A stretch of 64,000 nt of DNA from Opitutales bacterium. Its GTDB lineage: Bacteria > Verrucomicrobiota > Verrucomicrobiia > Opitutales > JABSRG01. Shown here one piece after another: positions 19,382 through 30,632 of this stretch (positions are counted from its first letter, which is position 1; each line of letters opens with the position of its first letter). The DNA lies in contig JBMYOQ010000013.1 of assembly GCA_049599475.1 (NCBI GenBank), positions 23,011 to 87,010 of the forward strand, written 5' to 3'. The notes under the pieces are model-generated. The model worked only from the letters and a program-made list of their open reading frames with translations. It did no database searches and was not told the origin of the DNA. The translations under genes and the position numbers were made by a program.

Positions 19382-20530
19382 ATGGATATTCTTAACGACT
19401 CCTCGGCAGATAATAAAAAAATCCTGCTACATACCATAGAAGCAAGCACGCTTCCTTACACAGTTGCTAAGCCCCACGGGAACCGCGAGTTAATCTACGT
19501 AAATCCCGCCTTCACCGAGTGTACCCAATACACGTCTGACGAATCGATAGACCGCAACTGCTCCTTCCTTCAGGGTGAGCAGACAGATCAAAGCGAAGTA
19601 GACCGGCTCCGCAAAGGTCTCGACACTTTTACTCCCGTAAACTTGGAGCTCATCAACTATCGCAAGGATGGTACCCCTTTCTGGAATTACCTGCGCATTT
19701 CACCCGTATTTTCTGACACGCGAGAGCCCATTGCTTTTGTTGGCATCCAGGCAGATGTAAGCGCCCGCCGCAATGAAGACCGCATAGCCCGCGAACGCCA
19801 AAAATTCGAGGCCCTGGGCACGGCTTCAGCCAATATTAGCCACGAGATCAAGAATGCACTTCAGCCACTCTTTCTGCTCAAAGATCTACTCGAGGACTGG
19901 CAAACCCTCGACCCAGCGACCATCGATCGCACCCTCAACGCATTCGGAAGCAACTTGGAAATAGCAGATAAGATCGTCCGAGGGTTCCTAAAATATTCCC
20001 GACAGGGCGAGCAAACTCTCTCAAAAATTAAGACTGAGGCCCTCTTTCCCAGCATCAGCGACTTCCTAAAGAGCGCTATTCCAAACCGCATAAATTTCAC
20101 CAGCCATTTCGACGAACTCCTAGCGGATCATAGCATCGAAGTCCCCGAAACTGCCTTTCAGCAGGTCGTTTTGAACCTCGCCAACAACGCTGCCGACGCC
20201 ATCACAAATAAAGGTAGCATCGAGATGCGTTGGAGCAAACGGGCGATCCAGGGCCAGGTAAGCAATCAACAAACGCTCCTCTCCGGCAACTATCTCTGCG
20301 TCGATATCATCGACGACGGTTGCGGCCTTCCCGAAGGCAAAGAGAGCTCCATTTTCAACGCATTCTTCTCCACCAAGCCTCCCGACAAGGGCACTGGCAT
20401 CGGACTATCCGTTTCTCGCGAAATGATTACCGAGTGGAACGGCCACATTTCCGCCCATACGACAAAAGATTGCCGAACTTGCTTTCGCATTCTGCTCCCG
20501 CTCAAGAAAACAACCCCACACCCGAATTAA
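19382..20530 (+). CDS. LOV-domain sensor histidine kinase
   Basis: YVNPAF, RNCSFLQG, NYRKDGTPFWN, FVGIQ; H-box SHEIKN, N-box NLANNAADA, DDGCG, FFSTK, GTGIGL. Confidence 0.9.
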   Translation: MDILNDSSADNKKILLHTIEASTLPYTVAKPHGNRELIYVNPAFTECTQYTSDESIDRNCSFLQGEQTDQSEVDRLRKGLDTFTPVNLELINYRKDGTPFWNYLRISPVFSDTREPIAFVGIQADVSARRNEDRIARERQKFEALGTASANISHEIKNALQPLFLLKDLLEDWQTLDPATIDRTLNAFGSNLEIADKIVRGFLKYSRQGEQTLSKIKTEALFPSISDFLKSAIPNRINFTSHFDELLADHSIEVPETAFQQVVLNLANNAADAITNKGSIEMRWSKRAIQGQVSNQQTLLSGNYLCVDIIDDGCGLPEGKESSIFNAFFSTKPPDKGTGIGLSVSREMITEWNGHISAHTTKDCRTCFRILLPLKKTTPHPN

Positions 20531-20535
20531 GCCTC

Positions 20536-20916
20536 ATGAAATCAATCCTCATAGTGGACGACATGACAGGCGTCCGCGAAGCCATGACGGTCCTGCTCGA
20601 AGTCGCTGGCTACAAAGTAAGTACCGCTCAAAACGGTGAAGAAGGCTTCCAAAAAGCCGCATCATCGCAGTTTGACCTCATCATTACTGACATTCTCATG
20701 CCCGAGCTCGACGGCAATGAGATGATCATGAAAATCCGCGAAGCTGCCAAAACAACGCCTATCGTAGCCATGTCGGCTGGCGGTAACGGCGTCGCATCAG
20801 AAGCCGCTCTCAGCCTCTCAAAGGAACTCGGCATCACGACACTCGAAAAGCCTTTCTCAAAGGCTCAGTTGCTCGATTTGGTAAACACAATCCTAAACGC
20901 CCCTGCCGCATGTTAA
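20536..20916 (+). CDS. Single-domain response regulator
   Basis: Start moved to MKSILIVDD; ITDILMP and EKPF motifs; 126 aa. Confidence 0.92.
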   Translation: MKSILIVDDMTGVREAMTVLLEVAGYKVSTAQNGEEGFQKAASSQFDLIITDILMPELDGNEMIMKIREAAKTTPIVAMSAGGNGVASEAALSLSKELGITTLEKPFSKAQLLDLVNTILNAPAAC

Positions 20917-22961
20917 TCAAAAAACTCCTACGCCCGCGTATCAGTGTCCGGATCTTCACGCTCATCGCAGTGATGATCGGCGCCATGATTTACTTGAGCA
21001 ACACGTCCATCACTCAAATCCGAGCAATCGGAAAAGAGATGGAGGATATTGCCGAACGTGATTTACCGCTCACTCAAGCCCTTGAGCACGTGACGGTTCA
21101 CGAGCTCGAGCTGCAAATTCATTTTGAAAAAGCCCTTAGACTCGGCCTCGAAGATTCCCAGGAGTCCAAGGACTATTTCGCTAAAACTACGAAAGAGATT
21201 TCATCCATAAAGGAGAAAATCAAGCAGGAGGTCGAAGAAGTCATTACCATGACTGGGAATGTTCTCTCTGAGGACGTCGCAAAAGCGACTCGCGATGAAT
21301 TCCAGTTAATTCAAGATGAGATGTTAGCGATCACTAAAGAGTATGCAGATTACAAAAAGCATCTAGAGACCACGATCGCTCTAATCGAGAAAGATACTAG
21401 ACGCTTCACCGAAGGTTACTCGGATGAAATCCATGAGGAAATTGAGATTTCCGAGAAGCTCCAAGAACACCTGGCACATAAGGTCGAAGGAGTCCTCGAA
21501 GAAATTACAAGTTTTACGATTCGCGCTGCCAGAGAAGCCGTCGAGCATGAGCACCACGCAGAGGAAATGCTCGCTTCAATCAAATGGATAGCCGCATGCA
21601 TCGCTCTAACCCTTGGCATCATCATTTCCCTCGGTGTCACGCGGCCCGTAGGCAAACTGATAAACGCAATGAAGCGTATCTCAGCCGGGGACTTGGATAC
21701 ACATATCCCAAAAACTTTTTTCGACGACGAAGTCCGAGACATGAGCATCGCCATGGAGTATTTCCGTGCACAAGCAAAGAAAGCGAAGGAGCTGGATGAG
21801 AAACAAAAGCTGCGCCAGAGCGAAATCAATCAGCTCATCGGAATCTTCGGATCCAGCATCGGCGGTGTATTTAACTCAATACTACAGTCTTCCAAAACTG
21901 TTGTAGATCGGGCAACAAGTATGAGAGCCTTGAGCGAAGAAAATTCAAATTCTTCAAGCCAGCTTGAAATGGAAGCACGAGACTCGGAAAACAACACTTC
22001 TGCGATCAATTCCTCCACTCAGCAAATGGCACAAGCAGTCGAGGAAATCAGCACACAAATTAATCGCGCTGCCACCCTGACTCGGGATGCCACCGAGATG
22101 GCCCATAAGTCACAGCAGGAAGTTGTCCGCCTCACAAAGATCGCCGATGAGGTGGGCGCTGTGATCGATCTCATTGGAGACATTGCCAGTCGTACAAATC
22201 TACTCGCCCTCAATGCCACTATCGAGGCTGCAAGCGCAGGCGAAGCAGGCAAAGGTTTCGCAGTGGTCGCATCCGAGGTAAAAGAGCTTTCAAGGCAAAC
22301 CCACGGTGCGACCGAAGAAGTCACCGAGAAGATTACCCGGATCCAAGAAGCTTCCGGTGAATCTGAAAAATCGATGAATGAAATCGTCGCCCTAATCGGC
22401 CGTATCAATGAATCAACGACAAACATTGCCTCGGCAGTGGAGGAACAAAGTGCTACTACTTCCGAAATTGCTGACGGTTTACAGATCATAACCGGGGCTG
22501 CTCAAAACGTCTCAGTGGCCGTTCATTCTATCAACGAAAAATCAGTGGATGTCACTCAGTCCTCAGATGAAGTGCATAGTAATGCCGAGTCGATGATGAA
22601 CGAGTCGGAATCGGTTCAACGGGAAGTAGAGATGTTCCTCGGAGCTCTCAAAATAGACGACCTGGACGACAACACCTACAGTTCAAGAAAGGTCTCCCTT
22701 GAAGCATCCATCGACTCAAGCGGAATCAACTGGAAGGGCACCGTAATGGAAGCGTCGACCGCTCACCTCACAGTGAGACCCGCAATCAATAGTAATATCG
22801 GCCAAAGCCTTAAAATATCTATTGGCAGTTTCGACGAACCCGTAACAGGGCGCGTTTCAAAACGTGATGCTTCAGAGACTACGATCCAGCTGCCTCTCGA
22901 CGATAAGAGTATCGAAAAAATGTCGAAGCAACTGGCTAGCTTAGACGCGCTTACGGTATAA
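20910..22961 (+). CDS. Methyl-accepting chemotaxis protein with C-terminal PilZ-like domain
   Basis: Two TMs, HAMP, signalling tip [34 protein letters not shown], beta-rich tail. Confidence 0.92.
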   Translation: MLIKKLLRPRISVRIFTLIAVMIGAMIYLSNTSITQIRAIGKEMEDIAERDLPLTQALEHVTVHELELQIHFEKALRLGLEDSQESKDYFAKTTKEISSIKEKIKQEVEEVITMTGNVLSEDVAKATRDEFQLIQDEMLAITKEYADYKKHLETTIALIEKDTRRFTEGYSDEIHEEIEISEKLQEHLAHKVEGVLEEITSFTIRAAREAVEHEHHAEEMLASIKWIAACIALTLGIIISLGVTRPVGKLINAMKRISAGDLDTHIPKTFFDDEVRDMSIAMEYFRAQAKKAKELDEKQKLRQSEINQLIGIFGSSIGGVFNSILQSSKTVVDRATSMRALSEENSNSSSQLEMEARDSENNTSAINSSTQQMAQAVEEISTQINRAATLTRDATEMAHKSQQEVVRLTKIADEVGAVIDLIGDIASRTNLLALNATIEAASAGEAGKGFAVVASEVKELSRQTHGATEEVTEKITRIQEASGESEKSMNEIVALIGRINESTTNIASAVEEQSATTSEIADGLQIITGAAQNVSVAVHSINEKSVDVTQSSDEVHSNAESMMNESESVQREVEMFLGALKIDDLDDNTYSSRKVSLEASIDSSGINWKGTVMEASTAHLTVRPAINSNIGQSLKISIGSFDEPVTGRVSKRDASETTIQLPLDDKSIEKMSKQLASLDALTV

Positions 22962-24435
22962 ACGTATCCAATACTTTGGCACTGCTCACCACCCCCGGGA
23001 GCCCTGCTCCCGGATGAGTGCCCGCCCCTACGAAATACAAGTTCTTCACGTCTTCACTCTTATTGTGAGGGCGGAACCAAGCACTTTGCAATAGGGTGGG
23101 TTCAAACTGGAAGGCACTGCCCATATAGGCATCCAATTCGGTCTCAAAATCCTTCGGTGTAAAAATCCGCTTGGTCACCAAGTGTTTCCGGAGATCCGGC
23201 ACTAAGTGATCTTTTTCCAAGGATTCGAAGATCTTGTCGCAATAGGCCTCCTTAATATCATCCCAATCTTGGCCGCCGCCCAAGTGCGGCACAGGACTGA
23301 GGACATAGAACCCTTCACAACCTTCTGGAGCAAGCGACGGATCCGTCCGCGTCGGAGCATGCAGATAGAGTGAGAAATCCTCAGCGACTATTTTGTTGTG
23401 GAAAATATCAGTGAGCAGGCCTTCGTATCGAGGCCCCAATACAATACTGTGGTGCGGCAGGTGCTCGTATGTGCGATCTGTCCCAAAATACACAACGAAT
23501 AAGCTCATCGCATAGCGCATTTTTTCGAGCTTCTTATCCGTCCACTTTGCACGGTGCTGAGGCGCGATCATCTTGCGATACGTGTTCGCGACGTCTCCAT
23601 TGGAAATCACAATCTCAGCCGGAAACTCACGACCATCCGCAGTCTTCACTCCATCTACGGCACCATCGCGTACCTTTATTTCGGATACACGCGCATCCAG
23701 CTCGATTTTGCCTCCGATGTCCTCGAAGAGTTTCACCATTGCATTCACCAAAGCACCCGTTCCTCCCATCGCAAAATGGACACCCCAGGTCTTTTCCAGG
23801 TAATGGATCATCGCATACACCGCACTCGACTCCATCGGATTTCCCCCGATCAAAAGAGGCTCAAAGGAGAATACCTGCCGGAGGGCCGGATCTTTGATAA
23901 ATTCGCCTACTCGCTTAAATACCGATTTATCCGCTCTCAGCTTGATCAGGTCGGGCGCGACTTTGACCATTTCCCAGATAGAGTGGAAGGAATGGTCCGC
24001 TAGGTCCGTAAAGGCGCGATCAAAAATCTTACTGCTATACTCCAGGAATTCGCGATATCCAGCGACGTCGTCTGGGTTGAACTTAGCGATCTCGGATTCT
24101 AGGGACTCTTGCTCGCCACGGTAGTCAAACACCCGCCCATCATCGAAGTAGATGCGGTAAAAAGGATCGCACGGTACGATATCCACGTAGTCCTTGATGT
24201 CCTTACCGGCCACCTCGAAGAGCTCGTCGAAGATAAAGGGCACCGTCACAATAGTCGGACCCGCGTCGAAGATAAACCCTTCGTCCTCGTATACATAAGC
24301 ACGGCCACCAGGCTTATCGCGCATTTCTAGGATCGTAGTCGGGTAGCCCTTAGCCTGTTGGCGGATCGCAGCAGCGAGACCGCCGAATCCAGAACCAATG
24401 ACAACGACCGGGGGTTTGGGTGCAGGAGAGACCAT
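22951..24435 (-). CDS. crtI: Phytoene desaturase
   Basis: Start moved to MVSPAPK; [40 protein letters not shown]. Confidence 0.93.
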   Translation of the reverse strand: MVSPAPKPPVVVIGSGFGGLAAAIRQQAKGYPTTILEMRDKPGGRAYVYEDEGFIFDAGPTIVTVPFIFDELFEVAGKDIKDYVDIVPCDPFYRIYFDDGRVFDYRGEQESLESEIAKFNPDDVAGYREFLEYSSKIFDRAFTDLADHSFHSIWEMVKVAPDLIKLRADKSVFKRVGEFIKDPALRQVFSFEPLLIGGNPMESSAVYAMIHYLEKTWGVHFAMGGTGALVNAMVKLFEDIGGKIELDARVSEIKVRDGAVDGVKTADGREFPAEIVISNGDVANTYRKMIAPQHRAKWTDKKLEKMRYAMSLFVVYFGTDRTYEHLPHHSIVLGPRYEGLLTDIFHNKIVAEDFSLYLHAPTRTDPSLAPEGCEGFYVLSPVPHLGGGQDWDDIKEAYCDKIFESLEKDHLVPDLRKHLVTKRIFTPKDFETELDAYMGSAFQFEPTLLQSAWFRPHNKSEDVKNLYFVGAGTHPGAGLPGVVSSAKVLDTFIP

Positions 24436-24665
24436 ATTTGAGCAGACTGTACAGACCTCGCGAACTAGCAAGCAACAGGAACGAAAATTACCCACCCCTC
24501 TCGCAAACCAGTAGCATCTCCAAACCCTAAAATAAGCCATACTTATACTAAATGTTTTTTTAATAAATTTAGCTAATCTTATTTTGACCATTCATCAGGA
24601 ATCCGACTCAATAGATACATGGAACCGATCCTCGGTTCCTGCCTTCGGGCTTTCTGCTATTGCTT

Positions 24666-25946
24666 ATGAAAACGACCAAAAATCGTTGGCTCATCGCTCT
24701 ATCCGGCGTGGGCATTCACGTATCTATCGGATCTGTTTACGCCTACAGCGTAATGACTCTCCCATTGAAGGAAGCTTTGGGCTGGGAGAAATCACAGATT
24801 ACCTTCGCTTTCAGTATCGCGATCGTTTGCCTCGGCCTCGCCGCAGCATTCCTCGGACAATTTGTTGAGAAACGCGGCCCGCGCGCATCCGGCATTCTAT
24901 GCGCTATCTGCTATGGTCTAGGCACCATCGGAGCTGGTTTCGCCGTAAAAATGGAGTCGATGCCTCTGTTCATCGCAACCTACGGAGTCCTCGGAGGTAT
25001 CGGTCTTGGTGTCGGCTACATCACGCCAGTTTCTACCCTAGTAAAATGGTTCCCAGACCGCCGCGGGCTTGCTACCGGGATGGCCATCATGGGCTTCGGT
25101 TTCGCCTCCATGATCTTCGGCCCAACCATGGCAAAGCTCTTTGAAACGGTGGGGCCCGCGAGCACATTTTGGATTCTCGGCAGCGTATACTTCGTCCTGA
25201 TATTCTGCTCAGCTCTCTACATCGCTCCACCACCTAAAGGCTGGAGCCCAGAGAAAAGCTTGAGCGCGAATAGCCCCAACGCTGCAAAACCCGCAAGCGC
25301 AGACCTTGCACAGCTCACAGTGCCTGAGGCCCTGCGGACGATCCGCTTCTATTTCCTCTGGTTGATGCTCTTTATAAACATCACCTGCGGCATCGCCGTG
25401 ATCTCCGTAGCATCTCCTATGGCTCAGGAAATGGCTGGCATGAGCGCCACCGCAGCCGCAGCCATGGTCGGCATGATGGGGCTCTTCAATGGTATAGGCC
25501 GTATCGGCTGGGCGAGTTTTTCAGACATCATCGGCCGCCCCGCCACCTATATCACATTTTTCGTCATCCAGATTTCTGCATTCATCGCCCTGTCTAAGGT
25601 AAGCAACGGACTGGCCTTCCAATTCCTCGTGCTGCTGATTCTCACATGCTACGGCGGCGGGTTCTCAACCGTGCCAGCCTTCCTGGGTGATCTCTTTGGC
25701 ACCAAGCAGCTCAGCGCAATCCACGGCTGTCTGCTCACCGCATGGGCCGCCGCCGGTATGGTCGGTCCAACGATCGTGACTCAAGTGCAGGAGCGCACCG
25801 GGAGCTACACGGGCACATTAATGGTTTTCGCAGGGCTCTTCGTAGCCGCCCTCATTACATCCATCCTTCTGGTATTCAATATTCGCAAGATCCGCGGAGA
25901 GGCAGACAAGCACACCAGTCACCTCCCCGGAGCCAAAGCCGCTTAA
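24666..25946 (+). CDS. OFA (oxalate/formate antiporter) family MFS transporter
   Basis: GSVYAYS, KWFPDRRGLATG, FNGIGRIGW, CYGGGF; multiple TM segments. Confidence 0.9.
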   Translation: MKTTKNRWLIALSGVGIHVSIGSVYAYSVMTLPLKEALGWEKSQITFAFSIAIVCLGLAAAFLGQFVEKRGPRASGILCAICYGLGTIGAGFAVKMESMPLFIATYGVLGGIGLGVGYITPVSTLVKWFPDRRGLATGMAIMGFGFASMIFGPTMAKLFETVGPASTFWILGSVYFVLIFCSALYIAPPPKGWSPEKSLSANSPNAAKPASADLAQLTVPEALRTIRFYFLWLMLFINITCGIAVISVASPMAQEMAGMSATAAAAMVGMMGLFNGIGRIGWASFSDIIGRPATYITFFVIQISAFIALSKVSNGLAFQFLVLLILTCYGGGFSTVPAFLGDLFGTKQLSAIHGCLLTAWAAAGMVGPTIVTQVQERTGSYTGTLMVFAGLFVAALITSILLVFNIRKIRGEADKHTSHLPGAKAA

Positions 25947-25973
25947 ACCCCAACTTTTGATTAGGTAAACACA

Positions 25974-28262
25974 ATGAAAACAATAGATAGCAAATGTAGC
26001 GCTGCCTGGACCGGTTTTGCACCCGGCGATTGGCAAGCAGAAGTCAATGTAAGAGACTTCATTCAGAAGAACTACGTGCCCTACATGGGGGACGCAGGTT
26101 TTCTCGCCGGCCCTAGTCCCGAAACAACAGCTCTCTGGGAAGATGTCATGCAAGGCATCCGCCAGGAGAATAGTACTAAAGCCCCAGTCGACTTCGATTG
26201 CGACAATCCGGCTACCATCACGTCTCACGGACCTGGATACATCTCCAAGGAGCTGGAAAAAATCGTCGGCCTACAAACCGATAAACCCCTCAAACGCGCC
26301 ATCATCCCCAATGGGGGAATCCGCATGGTCGAGCAATCTTGCGAGGTGTATGGCAAGAAACTCGATCCCGAGGTAAGCAAAATCTACAGCAAATACCGCA
26401 AGACGCACAATCAAGGGGTCTTTGATGTATACACAAAATCAATACGGGCTTGCCGTTCATCTGGAATATTGACCGGCCTACCCGATGCTTACGGGCGCGG
26501 CCGGATCATCGGAGACTACCGCCGCGTAGCCCTCTACGGGATCGACTTCCTCATGAAAGATAAGATGCGCCAGCACGCATCTTACGAAGATAAAATGTCG
26601 AACCCCAAGAACAACCAAGACTTGGAAAACCTGATACGCCTGCGTGAGGAAATCGCGGAGCAATATAGAGCGCTTCAAGATCTCAAGAAAATGGCGGCAT
26701 CCTACGATATCGACATTAGCGGGCCAGCTCAGACTGCCCAAGAGGCGATACAATGGACTTACTTCGGCTACCTAGCAGCAGTAAAAAGCCAGAACGGCGC
26801 AGCAATGTCGATCGGCCGCGTATCCACCTTCTTCGACGTCTATATCTCTCGCGATCTGGATGCCTTCAGAATCACCGAGACCGAAGCGCAAGAGATGATC
26901 GACCACTTCGTCATGAAGCTCCGAATGGTCCGCTTCCTGAGAACCCCCGAATACGACGAACTGTTTTCTGGAGATCCTATTTGGGCCACCGAATCTATCG
27001 GTGGCATGGGCCTCGACGGACGCCCACTCGTCACCCAGACCAGCTACCGGATGCTGCACACCCTGTATAACATGGGTCCCAGCCCCGAGCCGAATCTGAC
27101 AGTCCTGTGGTCTGAAGATTTGCCACAAAATTTCAAAGATTACTGCGCGCAAGTCTCCATCGATACGTCTTCTATCCAATACGAGAACGACGACCTGATG
27201 CGCAAGGACTTCGACAGCGACGACTACGGGATCGCCTGTTGCGTGAGCCCAATGATCATCGGCAAACAGATGCAGTTCTTCGGAGCTCGGGCCAATCTAG
27301 CAAAAGCCCTCCTCTACAGCATCAACGGCGGTGTCGACGAAAAGAGCGGCAAGCAAGTAGCCCCCGAAACGGCGGCCCCCGAGGGCGTTCTCGAGTTCGA
27401 CGATGTCATGTCTCGCCTCGACGGCCTTATGGATTGGGTGGCACAGCAATATGTGACCGCGCTGAACTGCATCCACTACATGCACGATAAATACAGCTAC
27501 GAGGCCGCACTGATGGCACTCCACGATGCTGAAGTCCGTCGCACCATGGCATGCGGTATCGCAGGCCTATCCGTCTGTGCCGATTCTCTATCCGCCATCA
27601 AATACGCCAAAGTCACTCCGATCCGCGATGAAAACGGAATCGCCAAAGATTTCCAAATCGAAGGCGACTTCCCTAAATTCGGTAACAATGACGACCGCGT
27701 AGACGACATTGCGACCAATCTCGTGAAGCGCTTCATGAGCAAGATCAAGGAACGTGTCACCTATCGAGATTCACTCCCGACCCAGTCTATTCTCACCATT
27801 ACATCCAATGTCGTGTATGGTAAGAAAACAGGCACAACACCTTGTGGCAGGAAAGCGGGCACACCATTCGCACCGGGAGCCAATCCGATGCACGGCCGCG
27901 ATGAGAAAGGCGCAGTCGCCTCCCTCTCCTCTGTCGCAAAGCTTCCATTTGAAGATGCCCAGGATGGAATCTCTTATACATTCTCAATCGTTCCAGGCGC
28001 ACTCGGAAAATGTATCGAAGATCGCCAGACAAACCTAGCCAACCTAATGGACAGCTACTTCGAAAACAACGAAGAGCTCGAAGGCGGCCAGCACCTGAAT
28101 GTGAATGTCTTCAATCGAGATACATTGATCGACGCCATGGAACACCCTGAGCAATATCCACAGCTCACCATTCGTGTATCCGGATACGCAGTACGCTTCA
28201 ACTCCCTCACAAAGGAGCAGCAGCAAGACGTCGTCACCCGGACCTTCACCGAACGAATGTAG
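25974..28262 (+). CDS. pflB: Pyruvate formate-lyase
   Basis: [17 protein letters not shown], catalytic IACCVS, glycyl-radical motif TIRVSGYAV. Confidence 0.97.
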   Translation: MKTIDSKCSAAWTGFAPGDWQAEVNVRDFIQKNYVPYMGDAGFLAGPSPETTALWEDVMQGIRQENSTKAPVDFDCDNPATITSHGPGYISKELEKIVGLQTDKPLKRAIIPNGGIRMVEQSCEVYGKKLDPEVSKIYSKYRKTHNQGVFDVYTKSIRACRSSGILTGLPDAYGRGRIIGDYRRVALYGIDFLMKDKMRQHASYEDKMSNPKNNQDLENLIRLREEIAEQYRALQDLKKMAASYDIDISGPAQTAQEAIQWTYFGYLAAVKSQNGAAMSIGRVSTFFDVYISRDLDAFRITETEAQEMIDHFVMKLRMVRFLRTPEYDELFSGDPIWATESIGGMGLDGRPLVTQTSYRMLHTLYNMGPSPEPNLTVLWSEDLPQNFKDYCAQVSIDTSSIQYENDDLMRKDFDSDDYGIACCVSPMIIGKQMQFFGARANLAKALLYSINGGVDEKSGKQVAPETAAPEGVLEFDDVMSRLDGLMDWVAQQYVTALNCIHYMHDKYSYEAALMALHDAEVRRTMACGIAGLSVCADSLSAIKYAKVTPIRDENGIAKDFQIEGDFPKFGNNDDRVDDIATNLVKRFMSKIKERVTYRDSLPTQSILTITSNVVYGKKTGTTPCGRKAGTPFAPGANPMHGRDEKGAVASLSSVAKLPFEDAQDGISYTFSIVPGALGKCIEDRQTNLANLMDSYFENNEELEGGQHLNVNVFNRDTLIDAMEHPEQYPQLTIRVSGYAVRFNSLTKEQQQDVVTRTFTERM

Positions 28263-28276
28263 AAAGGTAAATACTC

Positions 28277-29065
28277 ATGTGCGCTTACATGCTACAACCC
28301 GGCTCGCCTACGCTGCTTAAATCCAAGGAGCGCAAGGTCACTGGGCGCGTGCATTCGATCGAATCCTGCGGAACTGTTGACGGACCGGGCATCCGGTTCG
28401 TCCTCTTCCTCCAGGGATGCTTGATGCGGTGTAAATACTGTCACAACCGGGACACTTGGGACCTAGATGCAGGCAAGGACATGAGCGTCGACGACGTCAT
28501 GGCCGAGCTCAAGAGCTGCCGGCGCTTCTTTAAAAGCGGAGGTATCACCGTCTCTGGCGGCGAAGCGCTTTTGCAAATCGAATTTGTCACCGAGCTGTTC
28601 CGGGCGTGCAAAGCCGAAGGCATTCACACCTGCCTGGACACCAACGGCTACATTCGCCACTGCAAGCACCTCCTGGATCCGCTTTTGGATGTGACCGATC
28701 TGGTCATGCTTGATCTGAAGCAAATGGATCCGCAAAAGCACATCGAGCTCACGCGGACACCCAATACATTCGCTATTCAATTCGCTCATATCCTTCACGA
28801 GCGGCACCAGCCGACCTGGATTCGCCACGTCGTCGTCCCTGGCTATACCGATGATGAGGCCTCTCTCAAAATGCTCGCTGATTTTGTAAAAAACAAAAGC
28901 AACATTTCGCGGGTCGAACTCCTACCCTACCACAAAATGGGCTGCCACAAGTGGAAAGCCTTCGGAGACCGCTATCCTCTGGAAGGCGTAGAACCCCCAC
29001 CGAGTAACAAAATGGATGCTATCGTGCAGCTCATGTCACAAAACGGAGTGAAGGCCGTTTACTAA
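28277..29065 (+). CDS. pflA: PFL-activating enzyme (radical SAM)
   Basis: VDGPGIRF, GCLMRCKYCHN, SGGE, ELLPYH. Confidence 0.96.
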   Translation: MCAYMLQPGSPTLLKSKERKVTGRVHSIESCGTVDGPGIRFVLFLQGCLMRCKYCHNRDTWDLDAGKDMSVDDVMAELKSCRRFFKSGGITVSGGEALLQIEFVTELFRACKAEGIHTCLDTNGYIRHCKHLLDPLLDVTDLVMLDLKQMDPQKHIELTRTPNTFAIQFAHILHERHQPTWIRHVVVPGYTDDEASLKMLADFVKNKSNISRVELLPYHKMGCHKWKAFGDRYPLEGVEPPPSNKMDAIVQLMSQNGVKAVY

Positions 29066-29104
29066 GACCCGCAAATACCCAAGCAAGTGCTACATAGCCC
29101 TAAT

Positions 29105-29144
29105 CAAAATACCCCGGTTGTGCGAGAGCGACCGGGGTATTTTG
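29105..29144. terminator. Bidirectional intrinsic terminator
   Basis: CAAAATACCCCGGT...ACCGGGGTATTTTG, a perfect 14-bp inverted repeat. Confidence 0.9.
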
Positions 29145-29170
29145 TTATTCAATTTCTGGCTGAGCCGTGT

Positions 29171-30589
29171 CTACTGTGTGACAAAAATATCGTCGACGTA
29201 GGCCACTTGAGCAGGACTACCGGCGGCACTATTTCTAAATTGCAGACGAACAATAATAAGCTCCGTGTATTCCGCCGGAACTGTCACTGTATCCGAATAT
29301 TCATCATAATTATAGGGGTCATACTCGAGGCCTGATAAATCACCCCATCCACTGTTGAGCCATTTGGTTTTTCCATCGGATGGTCGACGGACTTTGATAC
29401 GCATACGCGTTTCAATATCACCCACTTCGGTGGCACTGAGCGAGACACTATATCCGAGCTGAAGCTCTGCATTATCAACAATCGCGAGATTTAGGTTTTT
29501 ATGGGTCGCTTTACTGGTAGATGTCGCCTCTTTCACGGTGTGCTGCCCAGCCCATCCATCGAGCGTCCATGCAACGCCCTCGACACGCGTCATATCTCTA
29601 AAAGATTCAGACTCCAAAAAGTCTTCTGAATATAGAGGCGGATTGGGGACATACTCAATAAAGTCTGCCCAAAATGCAGGAACAGAATCGCCCATCGTTC
29701 CAAGTTCAAGGATCCACCAATTCTCTACGCAGTCGGAGTAGTCGACACCTCCGTTTTTAATAGCGCGGTTGCTCCCTTTACCTCCGACAATACTGTCCGC
29801 AGTTGCCCAGTATGCTCGGGTGAGCGCATTGGGATTGAGCTCTGTGGACGCTCGCTCAATCCACTCTGTATCCAGGTTTTTATACTTAGGCGTCGCATTC
29901 CCATCATCATTACCGTCGTCTATCTTGAAGTAATTAGTGTGCAATTTCAGATAGTCCAAAATTGCGCTACTATCCGTTCCTCCGACGAAACTCAGATCAG
30001 GATCATCCTCGCCGGTTTCGACACGACTTTTACCCTCATTCCAGTCACTATGCTGGACCACGACAATCGGACTACCGCCATTGCCATTGTAACTACCCTG
30101 CCCCGGAGTGAGCGTACCGCGCACAATCAGTTCATTTACCCAAGCTGACGTAATGTTGGATTGTCCGGCCTCCTGGACCCAAACACGCCCGCCACTATCT
30201 AAGATAACTTCGGCTTGATCTGCAATTCTCTGCACAGAAAGATTCCACTTATCCAAACCATCCTCACGTAAAGCATCGGTCCAGGTGTCATCGTCTTCTG
30301 GCCCGAGGATCATTTCCATCAGGACATTCGAGTCCCAGATTCTACCGGTCTGGTTACCGTATGCATAGAGCACACCATAAACGTTGATGTCCTTATAATT
30401 TGGATGCGCTAAAATAGAACCGAAAGCAGCCTGAGCATGCACATCATCGGTATCCGGCCGGTTATCGAACTGTGCAATTAGCAGATCATTTTCTTTATCG
30501 AATGGCGGCAAAGCATCGCGATTCTGCGCGTGCGAATGAGAGATACTTGTACAGAGCACAAGCGCTAGCAGGGTATATGTTTTCTTCAT
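29171..30589 (-). CDS. Secreted hypothetical protein, possible nucleoside-hydrolase-like N-terminal domain
   Basis: Start moved to MKKTYTLL (signal peptide); acidic FDNRPDTDD motif after the first strand; beta-rich C-terminal domain. Confidence 0.6.
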   Translation of the reverse strand: MKKTYTLLALVLCTSISHSHAQNRDALPPFDKENDLLIAQFDNRPDTDDVHAQAAFGSILAHPNYKDINVYGVLYAYGNQTGRIWDSNVLMEMILGPEDDDTWTDALREDGLDKWNLSVQRIADQAEVILDSGGRVWVQEAGQSNITSAWVNELIVRGTLTPGQGSYNGNGGSPIVVVQHSDWNEGKSRVETGEDDPDLSFVGGTDSSAILDYLKLHTNYFKIDDGNDDGNATPKYKNLDTEWIERASTELNPNALTRAYWATADSIVGGKGSNRAIKNGGVDYSDCVENWWILELGTMGDSVPAFWADFIEYVPNPPLYSEDFLESESFRDMTRVEGVAWTLDGWAGQHTVKEATSTSKATHKNLNLAIVDNAELQLGYSVSLSATEVGDIETRMRIKVRRPSDGKTKWLNSGWGDLSGLEYDPYNYDEYSDTVTVPAEYTELIIVRLQFRNSAAGSPAQVAYVDDIFVTQ

Positions 30590-30632
30590 ACAGGGGGTGT
30601 TGGTGATTCTGGATTGAGAGCCTTCGTATCGA

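Noticed and set aside
20230-20535. N-terminal extension of the response regulator ORF
   Set aside because: Out-of-frame overlap with the kinase; the receiver domain starts at ATG 20536.
24584-24598. FNR-like site TTGACCATTCATCAG upstream of the pfl operon
   Set aside because: Spacing is off by one with mismatches in both halves; equally explained as a -35 element.
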